A stretch of DNA of 64,000 nt from a phage: assembly GCA_009015555.1 (NCBI GenBank), contig GCA_009015555.1_3613.1; one strand, given 5' to 3'. The position numbers and the translations under genes are program-made. Below are positions 63,482-64,000 of this stretch, one piece after another (within the stretch, counting starts at the first letter, position 1; each line of letters starts with the position of its first letter). The notes below the pieces were generated by a model. The model was given only the letters and a program-made list of their open reading frames with translations. It was not told the DNA's origin and made no database searches.

Positions 63482-64000
63482 TATTTCTTCCCCTTACGTT
63501 TAAATTTATTGTGGCCCTTACCACGGCGGAGTCGCCCCTGCTCCCAGTCACGTGCTGGCTTGTCCAGCTTCGCAATGTTGGCGAAGTCTTTGAAGTTCCA
63601 CGTGTCGAAAGAGTCAACACATACAGACAGGCCATGCTGATCTGCGATAATCCGCTTCACCATCCCGCTGATTCCGCCGCCACCGACAATTGCGACCCTG
63701 CGGAGCTTGCTTTCGTACATCTCGATGGCTTTCTCCACAGAGATCTCGTCAAGCTGCGACATGTCGAGGTCTTCCTTCTTGGCACCGTACATCAAAGAGT
63801 ACAAAGCAGTCTTCAATGCAGGCTTGGTGCCGAAGTAGATCTGCACTTTATACTTTCTTGCGAGCGCTGTCAACTGAGACATTACGTCTGCCGCCGCACG
63901 GGCCACAATGTTGGCATCGGGGATTGCTTCGATGAACATAGGTGGCGCAGGCCAGCCGATCATCTCTTCAATTTCTTTGTTGCGCTCCAGAGTCTCTTGC
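63481..64000 (-). CDS. hypothetical protein, 5' partial (N-terminus beyond window), Gly-rich loop VAIVGGGGISG
   Basis: Frame of track ORF 63481..63963 remains open to the window edge; Gly-rich loop could be a nucleotide-binding motif; basic C-terminal tail. Confidence 0.45.
   Translation of the reverse strand, partial: QETLERNKEIEEMIGWPAPPMFIEAIPDANIVARAAADVMSQLTALARKYKVQIYFGTKPALKTALYSLMYGAKKEDLDMSQLDEISVEKAIEMYESKLRRVAIVGGGGISGMVKRIIADQHGLSVCVDSFDTWNFKDFANIAKLDKPARDWEQGRLRRGKGHNKFKRKGKK

Noticed and set aside
1-64000. CRISPR arrays, tRNA or rRNA genes, integrase, transposase or insertion-sequence ends
   Set aside because: No spacer-repeat arrays, cloverleaf-like conserved tRNA motifs, tyrosine or serine recombinase motifs or terminal inverted repeats were recognised; the tandem repeats present are protein-coding.

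Overview
This 64-kb window is a segment of a tailed dsDNA bacteriophage genome (enterobacterial-type codon usage, roughly 50% GC). No rRNA, tRNA, CRISPR array, integrase or transposase was recognised. All functional calls come from motif and architecture recognition by eye; no database search was run. Coordinates of features not present in the ORF track are good to about +/-2 nt, because homopolymer runs in the text are hard to index exactly.

Two convergent gene blocks meet at a bidirectional terminator near 29.94 kb.

Plus strand (1-29.9 kb), virion module: a 5'-partial scaffolding gene, decoration-like and major-capsid-like genes, then an inserted cluster of three collagen-like (G-X-Y) fibre genes bounded by terminators. 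These are followed by head-tail joining genes, a contractile-tail-like set (sheath-like, tube-like, chaperone with a -1 frameshift, tape measure), baseplate genes, two tail-fibre genes with an assembly protein, three membrane proteins and an RCC1-like protein.

Minus strand (29.9-64 kb), early/replication module: about 60 tightly packed, often overlapping genes. Recognisable ones are a family-A DNA polymerase, a primase-helicase, an SF1B helicase and an SSB-like protein ending in the host-SSB C-terminal tip (DFDDDIPF). There are also many small membrane and zinc-ribbon proteins, a signal-peptide SleB-type hydrolase, and candidate anti-defence or DNA-modification genes (Lar-like, macro-domain, C5-methyltransferase-like, Fe/2OG-dioxygenase-like, DUF4326-like).

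The most unusual observation is five dispersed early genes with predicted lectin-like or beta-propeller folds that all begin with the same N-terminal peptide, M-x-E-[ILM]-[LM]-[LIVM]-x-x-G, encoded with different codons. This looks like a shared targeting or docking tag and is my best candidate for an undescribed system. Also notable: a recurring extended -10 motif (TGnTAAAAT, three times as the exact 12-mer TTGTGGTAAAAT), recurring GGGGC-UUCG-GCCCC hairpins, and a sheath-like N-terminus shared by the large collagen fibre protein and the sheath-like gene.
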